32,000 bases of DNA from Massilicoli timonensis (GCF_900199515.1 NZ_LT963434.1:1682180-1714179); one strand, 5' to 3'. Positions 22,817 through 31,815 are shown, counted from the first letter of the stretch. Notes: generated from the letters alone by a model not told the origin. A program made the numbers and translations.

Positions 22817-22853
22817 ATAAAGAACGGCGGCCTTGATTTTCTCAAAGCCGCCG
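22817..22853 (-). terminator. Terminator-like hairpin downstream of the orphan receiver gene.
   Basis: On the minus strand: cggcggcttt-gagaaaatc-aaggccgccg (10 bp, one G-U pair) followed by ttctttat. Confidence 0.5.
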
Positions 22854-22935
22854 AAAAAGTAATATGGGCGTGTCAATAAGTCTGCTGCACGACGGCTTTT
22901 TTTCTTTTGCCATCGTCCGGCAGATAATGAAAATA

Positions 22936-23295
22936 TTATGTTTTAGGTTCAGGATTTACTAATGCCTTTACTTTCGCAATGAAATCACAGTCGGTTTTGC
23001 AGCAGAAAACGCCGCCATAAAATTTTGTCTGTTGTTCAATCAGGAAATCATCGTCGCCAGACATAAGCAGGAAAGGGACAGTGATCCCTTTTTGACGAAT
23101 TTCTTCGAGCAAATCCAGTCCTGTGCCATCCCGCATATTATAATCAGAACAGATTGCTTCGACTTTTTGATGTTCCAGCAATCGCAACGCATCTTTTACC
23201 CCTGTTGCTGTATAAACCTCAAAATATTTTTCTAAAGCAGAGGTCAAAAAACCTAAAAAACCCAAATTGTCGTCTATGACAAGCAATTTTCTCAT
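22936..23295 (-). CDS. Single-domain (CheY-like) response regulator receiver protein.
   Basis: Sequence MRKLLVIDDNLGF...AICSDYNMRDGTGLDLLEEIRQKGITVPFLLMSGD.... It is 119 aa with no output domain. Confidence 0.8.
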   Translation of the reverse strand: MRKLLVIDDNLGFLGFLTSALEKYFEVYTATGVKDALRLLEHQKVEAICSDYNMRDGTGLDLLEEIRQKGITVPFLLMSGDDDFLIEQQTKFYGGVFCCKTDCDFIAKVKALVNPEPKT

Positions 23296-23385
23296 TAACT
23301 TCCCCCTTCTATCAGCTCCTTATTATGTTCTTATCTGATTGGTGGTTAGAAAATCAGAATTATTTTACTTTCCTGTTCAGCCCTT

Positions 23386-24090
23386 TCAGAATGAACAGCG
23401 CCAGAACAGACAGGCCAGCAGAACTATGATACCAATTAAGACCTGAACCATGCTTGCATCGTAATAGCCGGAGATATTGAAAACGGCCGTCATGGGATAT
23501 ACCGTCTTTAGCTGTTCGGACATACTTGCGAACAGCCCAGCAAACGAATAAATTTCTGCAAATACCAGCGCCAGCCAGTAACCTTTTTTCATCCGGGCCA
23601 CCAAAGCGATAATCGGAGAAATGGCAAAGAACACGCCGATCCCGTCCAGAAGATATGTTTTCAGGTTTCCCAAAACAAGGCCAATTGAAAGAGCTTCAAA
23701 GTGCAAAACGGCCTCAACGAGAAAGGTAATCGCAAAAAGCAGAAGATAGATTACGACGCTGAACACCAGAGCAAGCACCATTTTGGAGAGCGTCAGCTTC
23801 ACTTCATCCACGGGAATGAGCCGCAGGGATTTCAGGGTGTCCTCCTGTTCCTCCCGGCAGATCATATAGCTTCCCAGCAGGGCAATGACCGCAGGCAGCA
23901 CATAAAAGGTGGCAAGGGATTGGGCCGCTGTCATAAACCATCCGGCACCGTCAATATAGCGGCTTTCATAGAACGTGAACTGACCCTGTGCAAAGACAAT
24001 CAACGCCACCATGACCGTTGCAAAACCGGCAATCCACAAGATTTTGGAACGGCGGAGTTTCCGGCGCTCCGCCCAAAGTAAAAGTTCCAT
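23386..24090 (-). CDS. ABC-2-type permease (lantibiotic-immunity LanG/MutG-like).
   Basis: Six hydrophobic segments with N-terminal MELLLWAERRKLRRSKILW. It is adjacent to LanE-like and LanF-like genes. Confidence 0.75.
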   Translation of the reverse strand: MELLLWAERRKLRRSKILWIAGFATVMVALIVFAQGQFTFYESRYIDGAGWFMTAAQSLATFYVLPAVIALLGSYMICREEQEDTLKSLRLIPVDEVKLTLSKMVLALVFSVVIYLLLFAITFLVEAVLHFEALSIGLVLGNLKTYLLDGIGVFFAISPIIALVARMKKGYWLALVFAEIYSFAGLFASMSEQLKTVYPMTAVFNISGYYDASMVQVLIGIIVLLACLFWRCSF

Positions 24091-24102
24091 TTCAAATGCA
24101 CC

Positions 24103-24834
24103 TCACTTTCTCTTTTTCAAAGCAGCCCCAGCCAGCAGGACAGAAGCAACGCCCCACACGCCTATGCAGAGGAATGCCCCCGGAATATTGAGTGGCTGGG
24201 TAATTACGACACCCGGAATATCCCGCATAACAATGGCGGTCATGCTGGACAGCGGATGCAGGTACATATTCACCATCAAGAGGATAAAGCCGAGGAATGT
24301 ATAAACCAGCGTCAGGCAGACGGGAAGAATATACCCCTTCTGCGCTGCGGCAGCCGCCAGTATTGGCAGCACCGCAAAGGCGGTCAGCAGAGAGATTTCC
24401 ATACACTTCCGCAGAAGATAAAGGACGCTCCCGCTGTCAAAGGCAATATAGCCGGGCAGGACGCCGGTAAGGATGGACGCGGCTGCGGTAATCAGCATGA
24501 AGCAGACCGAGTACACCAGCACCACAGCAAATTTGCTGAAAAAGTACGCCATCTTATTGACCGGCACAATCCAGAGCTGTTTGAGCATATCATATTGGTT
24601 TTCGTTATACATCAGCATGGTACACAGCATCCCCAGCACCACCGGCAGGATAATCCACGGGGTATAGCTGAACGCCGTCCACTTGTAAAACTCGATGGGT
24701 TCCACGCCGGTTCCCTTAACGCTTGCGAAGTAGAACACGGCGGCCAGCGGCATAAACAGAGCTGCCAGCAGCATGAGCCAGATAAACTTTCTCCGGCGCA
24801 GCTTTAGAAATTCAATCTGTATCAGTTTAAGCAA
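24103..24834 (-). CDS. ABC-2-type permease (LanE/MutE-like).
   Basis: The TTG start at 24834 overlaps the ATPase stop and is preceded by GGGGGGAGAGGG. The N-terminus reads LKLIQIEFLKLRRRKFIWLM. The upstream part of the track ORF overlaps the ATPase gene. Confidence 0.75.
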   Translation of the reverse strand: MLKLIQIEFLKLRRRKFIWLMLLAALFMPLAAVFYFASVKGTGVEPIEFYKWTAFSYTPWIILPVVLGMLCTMLMYNENQYDMLKQLWIVPVNKMAYFFSKFAVVLVYSVCFMLITAAASILTGVLPGYIAFDSGSVLYLLRKCMEISLLTAFAVLPILAAAAAQKGYILPVCLTLVYTFLGFILLMVNMYLHPLSSMTAIVMRDIPGVVITQPLNIPGAFLCIGVWGVASVLLAGAALKKRK

Positions 24835-25750
24835 TGCCCTCTCCCCCCGTAATCTGCTTGAAATAGTCCTCAAGGGTATCATTGCAGATTTGGGAGCTGA
24901 TAACAGCCACATCCTGCACCACAAGGGCCTTGTTGATTGCCGCCATATCCAGTGCGGTGTCATAGAGTCGCAGGTTATGTTCGTCCTGCACCGCATAATC
25001 CGTCACATGGAACTGCCGTTCCAAAATCAGTGAGGCTTTGGGGACATCCGACACCTGAAGCTGGATGTATTTCCGATTTTTCTTTTCCAAATCCTCCATG
25101 CTGCTTTCTTCCAGCAGTACGCCGTGGTCGATGATGCCAATATCATCCGCCAGAAGTGCGATTTCGGAAAGAATGTGGCTGGAAATCAGGATGGTTTTGC
25201 CGCGATCCACGCTTAAATCCTTGATAAAATTCCGCACTTCGGCAATGCCGATGGGGTCAAGCCCGTTGGTCGGTTCATCCAGGATCAAAAGCTCCGGGTC
25301 ATGCAGGATGGCGTTGGCAATGCCGAGACGCTGCTTCATACCGAGAGAATACTTGCTGAACAGCTTTTTGTCCCGGTAAGGAAGCCCCACGACTTCCAGT
25401 GCGTTCTTGACGGCGTTGGGCCGGGGCGTCCCGCGTAGCTTCGCAAAGATTTCAAGGTTTTCTGTGCCGGTCAGGTTCGGGTAAAAGCCGGGAGTTTCGA
25501 TGATAGCCCCAATGCGGGGATAAATGCGCTTCTCATGGCCTTTGATGTTCTGGCCGAACACATCCACTTCGCCGGAAGTGATTGGCGTAAGGCCCAAAAT
25601 CATTTTCATAATGGTGGTCTTACCGGCTCCATTTCGGCCCAAAAGCCCGTAAATCCGGCCCGGCTTCACATGAATATCCACAGAGCTGACGGCGGTTTGC
25701 TCGCCGTAAATCTTCGTCAGCTTTTTGGTTTCAATCACAAAGTCACTCAT
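24827..25750 (-). CDS. ABC transporter ATP-binding protein (LanF/MutF/CprA-like lantibiotic protection ATPase).
   Basis: Walker A GRNGAGKTT, signature YSLGMKQRL, Walker B LLILDEPTNGLD. The 307-aa length is typical of the LanF group. Confidence 0.9.
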   Translation of the reverse strand: MSDFVIETKKLTKIYGEQTAVSSVDIHVKPGRIYGLLGRNGAGKTTIMKMILGLTPITSGEVDVFGQNIKGHEKRIYPRIGAIIETPGFYPNLTGTENLEIFAKLRGTPRPNAVKNALEVVGLPYRDKKLFSKYSLGMKQRLGIANAILHDPELLILDEPTNGLDPIGIAEVRNFIKDLSVDRGKTILISSHILSEIALLADDIGIIDHGVLLEESSMEDLEKKNRKYIQLQVSDVPKASLILERQFHVTDYAVQDEHNLRLYDTALDMAAINKALVVQDVAVISSQICNDTLEDYFKQITGGEGIA

Positions 25751-25767
25751 AAAGATGCCTCTCTTTC

Positions 25768-26193
25768 TTATTCTGCTTCATTTTTCCAAATGACATAGTT
25801 GTAAAGGCTGCCATCCGGGGAATAGTTGATGAACACTTTGAAATCGCCCTTTTCACAGGGAATGACAAATTCAACACGGATTTGGTCGGAGTGTTCCGGC
25901 ACATAACAGGACACCTCCGGGGAAGCGTTCTCCGGCAGCCCGCCCAGCTTATCGGCTTCTTCCTTCCATGTTTCCTGTATCGCCTCCGCAGAAGTATTGT
26001 CCTGTACGCCCTGCGGCAGCGCATTGAAGAAAGTTTCAAAATCTCCATCCATCATCTGGTTAAAGTATTCGGTAGCTTCCTCTGTAATGGCCTGCTGGTC
26101 GGGGGCTTCGCTGGAAGATGGGGCGGCCTGCTGGCAGGCGCAAAGCGAAAAAGCGAACAGAACACAGAGGAATAAACTAATCAATCGTTTCAT
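25768..26193 (-). CDS. Predicted lipoprotein of unknown function.
   Basis: Signal peptide MKRLISLFLCVLFAFSLCAC with a lipobox-like LCAC, then an acidic soluble domain. Confidence 0.7.
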   Translation of the reverse strand: MKRLISLFLCVLFAFSLCACQQAAPSSSEAPDQQAITEEATEYFNQMMDGDFETFFNALPQGVQDNTSAEAIQETWKEEADKLGGLPENASPEVSCYVPEHSDQIRVEFVIPCEKGDFKVFINYSPDGSLYNYVIWKNEAE

Positions 26194-26205
26194 AGGTCTT
26201 TCCTT

Positions 26206-26973
26206 TCAATAAGATTGCTTTTTTAGAGCCACAACGGATGCGGCGGCAAATGCGGCACCGATCAGAAGCAGCGAACCTGCACAGACAAGCGGCGAAGTAT
26301 GGGGCAAAACGCCTTGCATCAGGCTTTCTACCATAGCTGCGGCTGCTTCGGAAATATGGGGATAAATCCCCATCACGCTTGCCAGCGGGTGTATTCCCGT
26401 AAGATAGGCAGGGGCAATGACTACGGGAACCAGATAAAGCAGCGTTGCGCCAATAGGCAGGATATATCCTTTTGACAGCGTGGCAAGAAACACAATCGGA
26501 AGCATGGCTATGGGGATCAGAAGCCCGCCCGTCAGATACAAAAGGCCAGCAACCATTAGTGTTTGGGCATTCAGATCGGGAAAGCCCCCAGCAATCAGCC
26601 CGCCGACAACACATAAAAGAAAGGTAATCAGGCACAGTCCCACGGACATCAGGATCACCACAGCAACTTTTGAAAAGTATAGCTGCGCTTTTGTGATAGG
26701 AATGATGAGCAGTTCTTTCAGCGTGTCGTTCTTGTGTTCGTCAAAAAATAAGGTTGTGGCGAACATTCCCAGCACAATCGGCAGGAACAGGCTGGACAGG
26801 TTCTTAAACGCCAGTGTGTAGAGGTCGCCAAAGCTATCCATGTAGGGGCTGCTCCTTGCAATGCTGCAAGCCCGCTCAATCGCAAACGCCCCAAACAGCA
26901 GCGTCAGGGCCAAAATACACCAGACAATCTTATTCCGCTTCCATTTCTGGATTTCAGTTGCAATGATCGTCAT
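26206..26973 (-). CDS. Third ABC-2-type permease.
   Basis: AAGGAGG lies 7 nt before the ATG at 26973 (MTIIATEIQKWKRNKIVW...). It has multiple TM segments. Confidence 0.75.
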   Translation of the reverse strand: MTIIATEIQKWKRNKIVWCILALTLLFGAFAIERACSIARSSPYMDSFGDLYTLAFKNLSSLFLPIVLGMFATTLFFDEHKNDTLKELLIIPITKAQLYFSKVAVVILMSVGLCLITFLLCVVGGLIAGGFPDLNAQTLMVAGLLYLTGGLLIPIAMLPIVFLATLSKGYILPIGATLLYLVPVVIAPAYLTGIHPLASVMGIYPHISEAAAAMVESLMQGVLPHTSPLVCAGSLLLIGAAFAAASVVALKKQSY

Positions 26974-27078
26974 GCGGTTTCCTCCTTTCATGGTTCCCAT
27001 TATAAGGGACGAACCTTGCCATAACCTTGCCGAAATCTTGTTTTAACCTTGCTTTGAACGCAAGAAAGCCCTGCGCGG

Positions 27079-28008
27079 TCACAGGGCTTTCGGAAGTATG
27101 ATGGTAAAGGTTGTACCAGCTCCGGGGACACTGGCTGCCGTGATGGTTCCTTTATGGACGCTTACCAGTTCCTTCGCAATGGAGAGGCCCAGCCCGTTCC
27201 CTTTGGCAGATCGGGAGTGGTCGCATTGATACATTCGTTCAAAGATATGGGGGATGTCAGCGGCGGAAATCCCTTTCCCGTTATCGGCCACCATGATTTT
27301 TGCCTGCTGCTCCGTTTCGGTTATGGTCAGGGACACTTGCCTTGCGTCGCTGTGCGTCAGGATATTTTGCAGCAGGTTATTGAGAATACGGGTGTAGGCG
27401 GTGGGATCAACCCTTGTCATGTATTCTGTTTCGGGTATCTCTATCTCATAGGAAAGATTGTGATTTTCCAGCAGCGGCACCCAGTCAGCCATAATGTTGC
27501 GGGAAAGCTCGTTCAGGTCGCAGACTTCAAAATGAAAAATCTGCTCCCCAGCATCCAGCTTCACCCATTCAAACAGGGCGGTCACAAAGTCTTTCAGGTG
27601 ATGGGCTTTTTCCGTAGCCACCCGAATATATTCTTCCTGCTCGGCCCCTGTTACGATCTTGCTTTCCACGGCCTCCAAATAGCCCACCAGAGAGGCAAGC
27701 GGCGTTTTTACATCATGGGAAAGGCTTGTCATAAGTCGTTTATAAGCCTGCTCGGATTGCTTTTGCTGGATCAGCCGGGATTGGCTGCTCATAGCAATTT
27801 CGTTGATGTCATAACAGATTTGCTTTGTCAGGTCACTTTCCCGCGCCAGCACACGGCGGTTCAGGTTTCCGTTCTTTATATCCGTCAGGGCATCTTTAAT
27901 AAGGGAAAGCTGGCCCCGGACGCGGTGAAGTTTTGCCAAAAGGTAAGCAATCACCAGCAGGGCAATCAATAAGGCCAGCAGCAGATAAATGTTCAGCTCC
28001 ATGCTCAT
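27079..28008 (-). CDS. Sensor histidine kinase with a single N-terminal TM and no extracytoplasmic domain.
   Basis: H-box SLSHDVKTPL and an HATPase_c region (NLLQNILTHS...DNGKGI...GLGLSIAKE). The ATG at 28008 overlaps the response-regulator stop. The alternative ATG at 28002 has better RBS spacing. Confidence 0.85.
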   Translation of the reverse strand: MSMELNIYLLLALLIALLVIAYLLAKLHRVRGQLSLIKDALTDIKNGNLNRRVLARESDLTKQICYDINEIAMSSQSRLIQQKQSEQAYKRLMTSLSHDVKTPLASLVGYLEAVESKIVTGAEQEEYIRVATEKAHHLKDFVTALFEWVKLDAGEQIFHFEVCDLNELSRNIMADWVPLLENHNLSYEIEIPETEYMTRVDPTAYTRILNNLLQNILTHSDARQVSLTITETEQQAKIMVADNGKGISAADIPHIFERMYQCDHSRSAKGNGLGLSIAKELVSVHKGTITAASVPGAGTTFTIILPKAL

Positions 28009-28706
28009 GCCTCCTTATTGAACCGATACCCCACACCCCGGACAGTCTGGATATAAAACGGCTGTTCTGGATTTGGCTCAATTTTCTTCCGCAGTTTGCT
28101 GATAAAAGACATGATGTTGCTGTCGTCAAAGGCATATTCCTCCGCCCATACCTGCGTGTAAATCTGCTTCTTGGTAAACACCCGGCCTTTGTTGGACGCC
28201 AGAAACAGAAGCAGGTCAAATTCCTTGCCGGTCAGCTCTACCGGGAGATTTTGAACTGTCACCGTCCGATTGACTTTATCAATCACCATATCTTTCAGCA
28301 GCATAGTGGCGGCCTCGTTCCCGGCCACGGGATTTAAGGTGGTATAGCGCCGGATCAGGGAATTGACGCGAGCCATCAGCTCGTTAATGCTGAAAGGTTT
28401 TGTCAGGTAATCGTCCGCCCCCAGCCGCAGGCCAGAAACTTTATCTTCCTCATCGCTTTTGGCGGTCAGCATCAGCACCGGCACATTATGTTTCTCCCGG
28501 ATCTTCTGCAATACCTGAAAGCCGTCCATATCCGGCATCATTACATCCAGAATAATCAGAGAACAGGCATCCTTGTTTTCTTCCAGCAGCCGCAGGCCCT
28601 CTAAACCGCCATACGCCACCACCGCAGACAAATTTTCCTGTTCCACGCATTTTTTCATCAAGGCACAAAGTTCCTTGTCATCGTCTATAATCAAAACACT
28701 ATTCAT
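28005..28706 (-). CDS. OmpR-family response regulator (intact).
   Basis: A receiver (IIDDD...ILDVMMPDMDG...LTAKS...GADDYLTKPF) plus a winged-helix output domain (...YIQTVRGVGYRF). Confidence 0.9.
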   Translation of the reverse strand: MNSVLIIDDDKELCALMKKCVEQENLSAVVAYGGLEGLRLLEENKDACSLIILDVMMPDMDGFQVLQKIREKHNVPVLMLTAKSDEEDKVSGLRLGADDYLTKPFSINELMARVNSLIRRYTTLNPVAGNEAATMLLKDMVIDKVNRTVTVQNLPVELTGKEFDLLLFLASNKGRVFTKKQIYTQVWAEEYAFDDSNIMSFISKLRKKIEPNPEQPFYIQTVRGVGYRFNKEA

Positions 28707-28887
28707 GTTTCAAGGCCCTCCCTTGTTTCGTCCTGCCGTCCACCGGCTTTTTGGCATCTTTGGGGATTAGCCAAACCGTTCCCATTTTTTCAGCTCCCGG
28801 AATGCGTCCCTCGGAGCAATAATAATTGATCTGCCGTGGAGAAATTCCCCATTTCTCGCCGGCTTCTCTTAAAGTCATATAATCCAT
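28699..28887 (-). CDS. Small helix-turn-helix DNA-binding protein (MerR/excisionase-like).
   Basis: Sequence MDYMTLREAGEKWGISPRQINYYCSEGRIPGAEKMGTVWLIPKDAKKP. GGAGG lies 8 nt before the ATG at 28887. Its 3' end overlaps the response-regulator start by 8 nt. Confidence 0.75.
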   Translation of the reverse strand: MDYMTLREAGEKWGISPRQINYYCSEGRIPGAEKMGTVWLIPKDAKKPVDGRTKQGRALKHE

Positions 28888-28989
28888 TGCACATACCTCC
28901 AGCACCTATTATACTTCGCTCTTTCGAAGAATACAAGCCAAGAAACATGAACGCCTAAATAAGAATATGAAAAATAAGTATAAACGATA

Positions 28990-29027
28990 TAAAAGGAACC
29001 TCTTGCGTTATCAAAGCAAGAGGTTCC
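28990..29027 (-). terminator. Rho-independent terminator of sigma copy 2.
   Basis: ggaacctcttgc (28995-29006) pairs with gcaagaggttcc (29016-29027), a perfect 12 bp. On the minus strand it is followed by ttttat. Confidence 0.85.
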
Positions 29028-29041
29028 TCATTTGGTTTAAT

Positions 29042-29494
29042 TTAGCCCTCCAATAAGAGCTTCAACTTTTTAAGGACCTTCATTTTCCGAACATGAACAG
29101 CATTGCGGTACACGCCAAGCTCGTCTGCATATTGCCGTTCTGTCTTTTCCTCAAAGAACAGCGCCTGGATCAGCGCACGTTCCTCTGGAGTCAGCAGGGA
29201 AAGCGCGGTATGTAGCCTGTCCACTTCCAGCTTGTGAAGCACCACGCTCTCCACACTTTCCTGCTCGTCGGAGAATTGCTGGGCATTTTCATCCACCAGC
29301 CGGTCCAAAGAATCTTCGCGGCTGGGGATGATCTGCACCACTTGGCCCTCCCTTCCGAGAACGAACCGCTCGGTTTTCAAATCGTTCTCAAAATAGCGCA
29401 TTTTCCGGTCGCCCTGCATATAGGCCCGGTACACTTCATCCGTGACCTCAACATATTGGCCGCGAATCCATATTCTCTTTTTATCAGCGTCCAC
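29042..29494 (-). CDS. Sigma-70-family RNA polymerase sigma factor, copy 2.
   Basis: 150 aa. It differs from copy 1 by K47R and by the C-terminus (KMKVLKKLKLLLEG versus KMKALKKLKKILE). GTG start. Confidence 0.8.
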   Translation of the reverse strand: MDADKKRIWIRGQYVEVTDEVYRAYMQGDRKMRYFENDLKTERFVLGREGQVVQIIPSREDSLDRLVDENAQQFSDEQESVESVVLHKLEVDRLHTALSLLTPEERALIQALFFEEKTERQYADELGVYRNAVHVRKMKVLKKLKLLLEG

Positions 29495-29687
29495 GCTGTT
29501 TTACCTCCGATCAGTCTGAATTGCGAGAAATTCAGACTGGTCAGGCGGCCCCCTACAACGTGGAAATGATGGGGTTCCGCTATATAGAAAAACGCACCTG
29601 CAGAATGGGACAACAACCCAAACAGCAAGTGCGTTTCTTTTTAGTTCGTGTAAATCATGGCATGATGGTTCAGTGTGAAGGGCATAA
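29077..29687. repeat. Direct repeat copy 2 (pairs with 22074-22682).
   Basis: See copy 1. Homology ends at ~29687 on the right and ~29077 on the left. Confidence 0.85.
29512..29637 (-). promoter_or_regulatory. Structured leader of sigma copy 2, with the same two hairpins as copy 1.
   Basis: The stems are conserved at 29637-29590 and 29539-29512. The substitutions relative to copy 1 fall in loops and linkers. Confidence 0.55.
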
Positions 29688-29689
29688 TA

Positions 29690-29716
29690 TCCCGTTGAAA
29701 AACGGGAAGTTTTTTT
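29690..29716 (+). terminator. Canonical intrinsic terminator on the + strand, antisense to the surrounding genes.
   Basis: tcccgtt-gaaa-aacggga (7 bp, GAAA loop) followed by g-ttttttt. Confidence 0.6.
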
Positions 29717-30013
29717 GACCGTACACCGTCAAACAGGCGGCCTACGACATAGAATCATACTCGCTGCTTCTAATGAGCAGCGGTGCGCAGGATGACCAAC
29801 GCATGAAATATCCCTCCAGGCCAAAAACGTGGTCTGGAGGGATGGGCATGACAAAGCACCCTGCCAAAACCTCGTTTTTTTTATTGGCAGGACCATCTAT
29901 ACGATTCGGGTCAGTTCACTTTTCTATGCACTGTCAGTTCTCTAAAATTTGAACTGCTATGCCATTATAAATCTAGCATAAATCTGTAAAATAGAAAGAG
30001 AGGTGAACTGTAG

Positions 30014-30346
30014 GTGCAGATTAAACATGAAACGCTTGGTGAGATCATCAAGAATGCCCGCATAAAAGCAGATATTACAGTCGAAGATCTGGCCGCCAAG
30101 GTCGGAGTAGGCGAGAGATTTATATATCGTATCGAGAACGAAGGCAAAAAGCCCAGCTACGACATTCTCTACAAGCTGATTCGGGAACTGTCCATTTTAC
30201 CCGATCAGATTTTCTTCCCAGAAAAGCAGATTGAGGATTCCGAAATGGAAAACCTTGTCCGTATGCTGTATAACTGCGATGAGCGTTCTATGCAGATCAT
30301 CAAGGCGACAGTTAGGGCGGCCTTGGACAGCCAGCCCAGAGAGTGA
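30014..30346 (+). CDS. XRE-family helix-turn-helix transcriptional regulator.
   Basis: Contains LGEIIKNARIKADITVEDLAAKVGVGERFIYRIENEGKKPSYDILYKLIREL. The GTG start lies 8 nt after AGAGAGGTG. Confidence 0.8.
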   Translation: MQIKHETLGEIIKNARIKADITVEDLAAKVGVGERFIYRIENEGKKPSYDILYKLIRELSILPDQIFFPEKQIEDSEMENLVRMLYNCDERSMQIIKATVRAALDSQPRE

Positions 30347-30392
30347 AAAAGAGCCGATGCCCGTGGGAAATTCTCACAGGTTCATCGGCTCT
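30346..30392 (-). terminator. Terminator of the Cys-rich KTR gene (between convergent genes).
   Basis: agagccgatg (30350-30359) pairs with catcggctct (30383-30392), a perfect 10 bp. The T-run is on the minus strand. Confidence 0.65.
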
Positions 30393-30396
30393 GCGT

Positions 30397-30570
30397 CTAT
30401 GCGTCTGGCTCTTTGATGACAACGATATGTAATTGTTTCGCCTGGATTAAGCTCTCTCGTTTGCACTTTGGGCAGTAGAGAGGATAATTGATTAAAACCG
30501 TATCCTCCCTGATTCGATCACGGGTTTTATTCCCGCAGACGGGACAATAAACCCACTCTGTTTGCTGCAT
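30397..30570 (-). CDS. Cysteine-rich KTR-domain protein.
   Basis: Sequence MQQTEWVYCPVCGNKTRDRIREDTVLINYPLYCPKCKRE. GGAGGTG lies 8 nt before the ATG at 30570. Confidence 0.75.
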   Translation of the reverse strand: MQQTEWVYCPVCGNKTRDRIREDTVLINYPLYCPKCKRESLIQAKQLHIVVIKEPDA

Positions 30571-30651
30571 GGGAATCACCTCCATTCTCCTGTTTTCAAG
30601 ACATGGCCGAGGGCTTGCTGCTCTGCAAGCCCGCCGGCGTGTCTTTTTTAT

Positions 30652-31071
30652 TTATTCTTCCTTTTCCCGGAATCCCCAAGCCTCAAAATCCGTATCGTCT
30701 TCCTCCGGCTCCACCTCTTCCATAAAGGTGGAGTCAGGGGCCTCTGTCGAGGCGTTGAGCATATAGGGCGTGACCTGTACCGGCATCTCGTTCTTGAGCG
30801 CCAGCACCTTGGGGGCTGCCTTGCCGCAAAACACCATGGCGGCGGCAAAGGCGAAATACTGCACACAGCTTGTAAGATAGAGATTCACAATGGCCAGTTC
30901 ATTTCCCTGCACAGGAACGCCCTGCTCAAGCTGCCGGGAGATATTTTGGTGGCAGGCTACCAGGGAAACAAAAGCCGTAATCAGCAGCACCGCCGCAAGA
31001 ACATAAAATGCAACGGAAAGGATAGTCCCTTTTTTCGAGGGCTTTGTGATTGGATTGCTGTCCATCTCCAT
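30652..31071 (-). CDS. Membrane protein of unknown function (2 TM, acidic C-terminus).
   Basis: The ATG at 31071 shares its A with the ATPase TGA. GGAGG lies 8 nt upstream. Confidence 0.6.
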   Translation of the reverse strand: MEMDSNPITKPSKKGTILSVAFYVLAAVLLITAFVSLVACHQNISRQLEQGVPVQGNELAIVNLYLTSCVQYFAFAAAMVFCGKAAPKVLALKNEMPVQVTPYMLNASTEAPDSTFMEEVEPEEDDTDFEAWGFREKEE

Positions 31072-31775
31072 CAATGCGCCCTCCTTTCACTGCGGGGAGC
31101 GTTGTTTCTGCGGGATTGAGGCTGGGCGGCTCCATCTTGAACGCGCTCTAGCACCTGCAGCTCACCCTTTCTCAGCCGGAACACCACATCGGCCTGCTTC
31201 GCAAGTTCATTGGAGTGGGTAACGACCACCACACACTTGTTCATCTTGTGGGCGCTCTCTTTGAGAATATCCGTGATGTCCTGGGCGGTGTCCTCGTCCA
31301 GATTGCCGGTAGGCTCGTCCGCCAGGATCACTGGGGCCTCACTTGCCAGGGCACGGGCGATGGCCACACGCTGCTGTTGGCCACCGGAGAGTTTCAGTAC
31401 ATTGCGCTTCGATTCTTCTTTCGTCAGGCCCAGCCGCTCCAAAATGGGCAGCGGCGGCAGCTTGGAAGTCAGCGACACATTCTCCGTGGGAGTCAAGTAG
31501 TCGATGAGGTTGTATGCTTGGAAGATAAACGCCACATGGTTTTTCCGATGGTCGGAAAGGCCCGTCTTGGCAATATCCTGCCCGTCAAAGTAAATCTGGC
31601 CGCTACCGGGGCTGTCCAAGCCGCCGATCAGGGAGAGCAGGGTGGTTTTGCCGCAGCCGGAAGGCCCCAGGATGGCGTAGAGTTTGCCCTGTTCCATTTC
31701 GGCGTTGACGCCTTTTAAGACTTTCTTTTTATTATCGTAGGAATATCCCACTTGCTTGATTTCCATGATACTCAT
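31071..31775 (-). CDS. ABC transporter ATP-binding protein (MacB/FtsE-type).
   Basis: Walker [10 protein letters not shown], signature [15 protein letters not shown], Walker [13 protein letters not shown]. Confidence 0.9.
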   Translation of the reverse strand: MSIMEIKQVGYSYDNKKKVLKGVNAEMEQGKLYAILGPSGCGKTTLLSLIGGLDSPGSGQIYFDGQDIAKTGLSDHRKNHVAFIFQAYNLIDYLTPTENVSLTSKLPPLPILERLGLTKEESKRNVLKLSGGQQQRVAIARALASEAPVILADEPTGNLDEDTAQDITDILKESAHKMNKCVVVVTHSNELAKQADVVFRLRKGELQVLERVQDGAAQPQSRRNNAPRSERRAH

Positions 31776-31815
31776 AGTGATTACCTCATTTCGTTATTTT
31801 AGGGGGTGGATGGTC

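Noticed and set aside
24256-24807. Plus-strand ORFs antisense to the ABC, two-component and ATPase genes (24256-24807, 25065-25379, 27154-27972, 27933-28337, 30562-31119, 31215-31718).
   Set aside because: These are shadow ORFs opposite genes with clear Walker, H-box or permease signatures.
30586-30651. The hairpin gggcttgc-tgctct-gcaagccc with a T-run on the + strand, between two minus-strand genes.
   Set aside because: The orientation is wrong for terminating the flanking minus-strand genes, and the extended stem is imperfect. Evidence is insufficient to call a feature.
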